Shown one piece after another: positions 59,619 to 64,000 of a stretch of 64,000 nt of DNA. Position 1 is the stretch's first letter. Each line of letters opens with the position of its first letter. Source of the stretch: Phycisphaeraceae bacterium (GTDB taxonomy: Bacteria; Planctomycetota; Phycisphaerae; Phycisphaerales; Phycisphaeraceae); contig OY771506.1 in NCBI GenBank assembly GCA_963674705.1, positions 1,728,001-1,792,000 of the forward strand. Reading direction: 5' to 3'. The position numbers were made by a program, and so were the translations under genes. The notes below the pieces were generated by a model. That model was given only the letters and a program-made list of their open reading frames with translations, was not told the origin of the DNA and did no database searches.

Positions 59619-60098
59619 GTGGATCAGTCCTACATCATCCCGTTCATCAAATCGGTACAGAACGTATACGAAACGATGCTGCAACTGCCCGTGCAGATGG
59701 GCCAGCCCGAGCTCAAGCAGCCCGGCGAAGCAGGTCACGACGTCTCAGCGATTATCGGCATGTCCGGTGACGTCGAGGGGTCCGTCGTGCTCAGCTTCCC
59801 CACCGCGACTGCCGAACGTGTCGTCGCCATCTTCACCGGCATGGAGCTCAAATCCGACCATGAAGATTTTGCCGACGCCGTGGGCGAACTGGTGAACATG
59901 GTCTCCGGCGGCGCCAAGGCGCAGTTCGGCGGCAAAGAGGTCACCATCAGCTGCCCCTCCGTCGTTATCGGCGAGAAGCACCAGGTGTACGGCCGCAAGG
60001 ACGTCGTCGCCATCTGCATCCCATGCGAGTGCGACTGCGGCGAGTTTAATGTGGAAGTATCGATCCGTCAGGGTGCCGGTGCTCCGGCCGCGGGTTGA
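59619..60098 (+). CDS. cheX: CheY-P phosphatase CheX
   Basis: VSAIIGMSG, DAVGELVNMVSG. Confidence 0.88.
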   Translation: MDQSYIIPFIKSVQNVYETMLQLPVQMGQPELKQPGEAGHDVSAIIGMSGDVEGSVVLSFPTATAERVVAIFTGMELKSDHEDFADAVGELVNMVSGGAKAQFGGKEVTISCPSVVIGEKHQVYGRKDVVAICIPCECDCGEFNVEVSIRQGAGAPAAG

Positions 60099-60181
60099 TA
60101 AAGGCATCTAGGTGGTTACCCGAATATATATAAACATAACCAGTGGCCCCTTCATGCCACAACGGACAGGAGCGAATTACG

Positions 60182-60550
60182 ATGAAAGTCATGCTAGTAG
60201 ATGACTCTAAGACGATGCGGAATATCCAGAAGGGTATCCTCACCCAGCTCGGGTACACCGAACTGGAAGAAGCATGCGACGGCCTGGATGCGCTGTCCAA
60301 GGTCGGCGCCTTCCAGCCCGAACTGCTGCTCGTCGACTGGAACATGCCCAACATGGACGGCCTCACCTTCGTCAAGAAGTACCGTGAGCAGGGACACAAG
60401 TCCCCCATCATCATGGTCACGACCGAAGCTGAAAAGTCCCGCGTCGTCGAGGCGATCAAGGCCGGCGTCCAGAACTACGTCGTCAAGCCCTTTACCCCCG
60501 ACCTGTTGGGTGAACGGATTAAAGAGACTCTCGAGCGTGTCGCGGCCTGA
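60182..60550 (+). CDS. cheY: Chemotaxis response regulator CheY
   Basis: LVDDS, DWNMPNMDG, MVTTE, YVVKPF. Confidence 0.92.
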   Translation: MKVMLVDDSKTMRNIQKGILTQLGYTELEEACDGLDALSKVGAFQPELLLVDWNMPNMDGLTFVKKYREQGHKSPIIMVTTEAEKSRVVEAIKAGVQNYVVKPFTPDLLGERIKETLERVAA

Positions 60551-60588
60551 TCCACTTGGGTCTACCACGGCGTGGATGGAGCTATCCT

Positions 60589-62064
60589 ATGGCCGCCGAG
60601 CAACACAAAACGCCGTCGGTCATCATCGCACCCGATAAGGCCACGGCCACCCTCCAGATTCCGCCCGGATGCGAACGGGCCCTGCTTACCGAGCAACTGC
60701 TCATCGGACAGATCACCGGCGCGGGTGTCGAAGTGACCGAACACACCACGCGGGTGATCCGTTCTTTTATTGCTCAGCCGCCTGACGATCAGGACAAGAC
60801 CATATCACTGGATATCGCGCACGCCACGCCTCCCGTGCACGGCATTGATGGCAAGGTCGTCTGGAACGATAAGGATAAAGATAAAGCAACCGCAGAAGAT
60901 CACGCCCAAACTTCTGACAAAGAGCCGGTCTCGTACTACGACCAGAGCGCGTTCCTCATGGTTGATACCGGCGATGAGATCGGTCGCGTGATCCCTCCCG
61001 AGCCGGGAGAGGACGGCCGGGATGTCACCGGCAAAACCATCTCCGCCAAGTCCGGAAAAGAAGCTCAACTTCAGATCGACGAGTCGATCATGCGCCGCTC
61101 AAACGGCACGCTCATCGCCCAACAGGACGGCGTGCTCTACCGTGAGCTCGGCAAGGCCATGATCCGAAAACTCATCCAGGTCAACGAATTCGTCGACTTC
61201 TCCACCGGTAACATCAACTTCGACGGTGACATTATCATCGGCAAGGGCGTCCGCGACTGCTTCGAAGTCACCGCCACCGGCAACATCGAAGTCAACGGCA
61301 TGATCGAGGCCGCAACCATCAACGCCGGCAAAGACCTCAACGCCAAGGGCGGCTTCGCCGGTCGTGAACGCGGACACGTATTCACCGGCGGCTGCCTGCT
61401 CGGCAAGTACCTCGACAACGTCGCCGGGCATGTCAAGCAGGACCTCAAGATCGATCGCGAAGTCATTAATTGCGAACTCAAGATCGATGGCCAGATATTC
61501 TCCCCGCAAGGTTCGATTATCGGCGGACGCATTATCCCCACCGGTGAAGTGCATATCGGAACGCTCGGCAGCGATGCCGGCGTCTTGACCGAACTGGTCA
61601 TCGGCTCCGTCCCCACCCTCGAGCCGTTCGCTTTCAAACTCGAAGACATCGCCGGACAGCTTTCCCAAGATGTTCAGAAACTCACAGACGAAAAAGATAC
61701 CATCGACAAGAACTCCACCAAGGGTCGTATGACCGCGATGGACAAAGAACGCGAAACCGAAATCATCTTCGAGTTGTCTATCCTGGGAAGCCTGCTCGAT
61801 AAAGCACAGCGGACCCTCGACCTGGTCCGCACGGAAATCAATAAACGGCGGCGTGTCGATGTTAAAGTCGAACGCAGTGTTTTCTACGGCGTGAAGTTCG
61901 AGCTCGACGGCCGGTCTTACAAGATGAATCAGACTATTTCCGGGCCCGTACGTTTTGTCATGGACGGCAAAGCGTTTGTCTACAAAAAATCGGACGGCTC
62001 GGTTCAACCCATCGGACAGGTGGCCGACGTCCACGCGATCATCCCCGGTAAGTCGGCCGCTTGA
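60589..62064 (+). CDS. DUF342/FapA-family protein
   Basis: PPVHGIDG, GEDGRDVTGK, VDFSTGNINFDG and GSIIGG motifs. Confidence 0.8.
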   Translation: MAAEQHKTPSVIIAPDKATATLQIPPGCERALLTEQLLIGQITGAGVEVTEHTTRVIRSFIAQPPDDQDKTISLDIAHATPPVHGIDGKVVWNDKDKDKATAEDHAQTSDKEPVSYYDQSAFLMVDTGDEIGRVIPPEPGEDGRDVTGKTISAKSGKEAQLQIDESIMRRSNGTLIAQQDGVLYRELGKAMIRKLIQVNEFVDFSTGNINFDGDIIIGKGVRDCFEVTATGNIEVNGMIEAATINAGKDLNAKGGFAGRERGHVFTGGCLLGKYLDNVAGHVKQDLKIDREVINCELKIDGQIFSPQGSIIGGRIIPTGEVHIGTLGSDAGVLTELVIGSVPTLEPFAFKLEDIAGQLSQDVQKLTDEKDTIDKNSTKGRMTAMDKERETEIIFELSILGSLLDKAQRTLDLVRTEINKRRRVDVKVERSVFYGVKFELDGRSYKMNQTISGPVRFVMDGKAFVYKKSDGSVQPIGQVADVHAIIPGKSAA

Positions 62065-62114
62065 ATAGTCGATACAGAAGTATTCAAACTGTAATGGTTT
62101 GTTGGAGATAAATA

Positions 62115-63164
62115 ATGCGAGTATTAGTTACCGATGACTCTGCCTTTATGCGACGTGCCGTCAGCACGATGCTCAACGCCGATCCCGAAATCGAAGTGGT
62201 CGGGTTGGCGCAGAACGGCAGGGAAGCGGTCGACCTGGCTAAGAGCCTCAAGCCCGACGTCATCACTCTCGACATCGAAATGCCCGAGATGGACGGGCTA
62301 ACCGCCCTGCGCCACATCATGCGCAGTGCGCCGACGCAGGTCCTCATGCTCAGCTCGCTGACAACCGAAGGCTCCACCGCTTCGCTTCAGGCGCTCAAGC
62401 TCGGCGCCGCCGATGTGCTCGCCAAGGACCAGTCAAACTTCTCCATGAACATGAGCCACATCCAGGAAGACCTGATCCGGCTCGTGAAAGCACTGGCAAA
62501 ATCCAATCCGCACAAAAAACCGGCTGTCGTCAAATCCGCTTCCGCAAGGATCGAACTGCCTCGATACCGTTCGTCACAGTTCGACCTCGTCTGCATCGGC
62601 TCATCGACCGGCGGACCGCCCGTCCTCGAAACTATCCTCGGCGAATTGCCCGCCACCACCAAACCACCCATCGTCGTCGCGCAGCACATGCCCGAAATCT
62701 TCACGCGTTCCATGGCTGATCGACTTAACAAGCTATGCCACCTCAACGTCAAACACATCGAGGAACGTGAACTGTTGCAGTCCGGCAACATATACATCGC
62801 ACGCGGCGGTATGCACGTGCATATCCGAAAGTCGCCCTCCGGCAAGTTCGAAGCACGTATGGATAACGAACCAACCTCCGCTATCTACAGACCAAGCGTC
62901 GATAATCTCTTCGATACCGCGGCGGATGCATCAGGCTCTCGCACACTCGCTATCGTCTTGACAGGCATCGGCTCAGACGGCCTGGAAGGCGGTAAAAAAC
63001 TTCATGCCGTCGGCGGAGAGATACTCGCACAAGACGAACAGTCCTGCGTCGTCTATGGTATGCCCAAGTCCGTCGCGCAAGCCGGCATCATCAAAGCCGC
63101 CCTTTCACCGACCGATATCGGCAAATCACTCATCAGCCTCTCGCAATCTTCCATCGCCGCGTAA
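62115..63164 (+). CDS. cheB: Chemotaxis methylesterase CheB
   Basis: REC domain plus GSSTGGP, QHMP, RPSVD, LTGIGSDG and VYGMP motifs. Confidence 0.95.
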   Translation: MRVLVTDDSAFMRRAVSTMLNADPEIEVVGLAQNGREAVDLAKSLKPDVITLDIEMPEMDGLTALRHIMRSAPTQVLMLSSLTTEGSTASLQALKLGAADVLAKDQSNFSMNMSHIQEDLIRLVKALAKSNPHKKPAVVKSASARIELPRYRSSQFDLVCIGSSTGGPPVLETILGELPATTKPPIVVAQHMPEIFTRSMADRLNKLCHLNVKHIEERELLQSGNIYIARGGMHVHIRKSPSGKFEARMDNEPTSAIYRPSVDNLFDTAADASGSRTLAIVLTGIGSDGLEGGKKLHAVGGEILAQDEQSCVVYGMPKSVAQAGIIKAALSPTDIGKSLISLSQSSIAA

Positions 63165-63171
63165 ACTCGAT

Positions 63172-63216
63172 TCGGGTATCGGGTATCGGGTATCGGGTAT
63201 CGGGTATCGGGTATCG
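63172..63216. repeat. Perfect heptamer tandem repeat (TCGGGTA)x6
   Basis: Six exact copies plus TCG just after the cheB stop. Confidence 0.9.
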
Positions 63217-63309
63217 AAATGCACACGCATGCTTGGTGTAATCGCGCACAATAAACCAGGCGTGATCACTTCATCGATCCACGCGCAGCTCATTGACTCA
63301 ACACGATCA

Positions 63310-64000
63310 TCAACTGTTCGGCGGCTGCGTTGCGTTCCACAACGCGTGCCACTTCAACGACCACAAATCTAAAATCGGAACGCGCCGCGCCGATCCATCC
63401 AGGAACGTTACGTTGATCGATTCACTGTGCCGATCCACGCACATCCGCTGAAGGTAATAAGGCGGGTATGCGTGCGGGTTCTGAAAATTATCAGGCAACG
63501 GTGTTTCCTCAAACGCCCAACCCATGTCCGCCCACGTGCTGTCACCAAACAGCGGCGTCTCCGTCGTCGCTACCAACTCATCAATCCCACGATCCAGCTT
63601 GCACTCTTCCGGGTCACGGCCGCTTGCAGTGATTCGACCTTTGATCGAATTCGGCACCACCTCTTCCAGCCAGTTGTTGTAACCAAACCCGCCGTAGTTC
63701 TGTGGAACAGAGTACTGACCCGATTCATACCACGCGTACTCCGCATCACCGGGGATCAACGAACCGGCAGGCATGTTGTCGTATTGCGGATCGGGTATCG
63801 GCGCGATCGGACACTCCAGAATCGAAATGTTCGTTGCGTAGTAAGGATACAGATCCACGTACCAGTGCTTGGGTGACAAACGCTTAACGAAGTAACCCTG
63901 ATAACTCCCCACCGCGCGTCCATCATGATCCGTCGCGTACATGAACCAGGCGGTGCCCATCTGTTTCTGATTGGATGCACACTTCATCGCCTTGGCCGAA
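63310..64000 (-). CDS. Planctomycete DUF1559-like prepilin-type protein (5' end outside the window)
   Basis: CASNQKQMG.A..MY..D and the C-terminal RH....NVTFLDGS motif. Confidence 0.75.
   Translation of the reverse strand, partial: SAKAMKCASNQKQMGTAWFMYATDHDGRAVGSYQGYFVKRLSPKHWYVDLYPYYATNISILECPIAPIPDPQYDNMPAGSLIPGDAEYAWYESGQYSVPQNYGGFGYNNWLEEVVPNSIKGRITASGRDPEECKLDRGIDELVATTETPLFGDSTWADMGWAFEETPLPDNFQNPHAYPPYYLQRMCVDRHSESINVTFLDGSARRVPILDLWSLKWHALWNATQPPNS

Overview
Bacterial chromosomal window, most likely from a planctomycete (Phycisphaerae-like; inferred from a DUF1559-type prepilin-like gene, a sulfatase and a planctomycete-type HTH-REC regulator). The backbone is housekeeping: ribD, anmK-murQ, moeA-moaD, a phosphohexomutase, rnr, lgt, oppAB, murE-murF-mraY, mqnD and a cheW-cheR-cheA-cheX-cheY-DUF342-cheB operon. 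Two phage-derived modules are embedded in it, about 18.5 kb apart. Module 1 (about 9.0-22.3 kb, minus strand) encodes portal, scaffold, HK97-type major capsid, adaptor and tail-tip-like proteins, a LamG protein, a TIGR03790-like protein and holin/spanin-like membrane proteins. It is preceded by a sigma-54-type motif and a divergent NifA-like activator. Module 2 (40.8-46.6 kb) encodes a CI/LexA-like repressor with two palindromic operators, an HTH protein, an ABC ATPase, a GNAT-like protein, a ParB-like protein and small and large terminase. I see no integrase, replication genes, att sites or tape measure gene. The best hypothesis is a split, host-domesticated, gene-transfer-agent-like particle system. 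An IS630 element splits the LamG gene. Other signals are a nested palindromic repeat family (one copy encloses a cargo gene), heptamer repeat arrays, and C-terminal Ala-Ala ends on most chemotaxis proteins. All family calls come from motif recognition by eye, not database searches.
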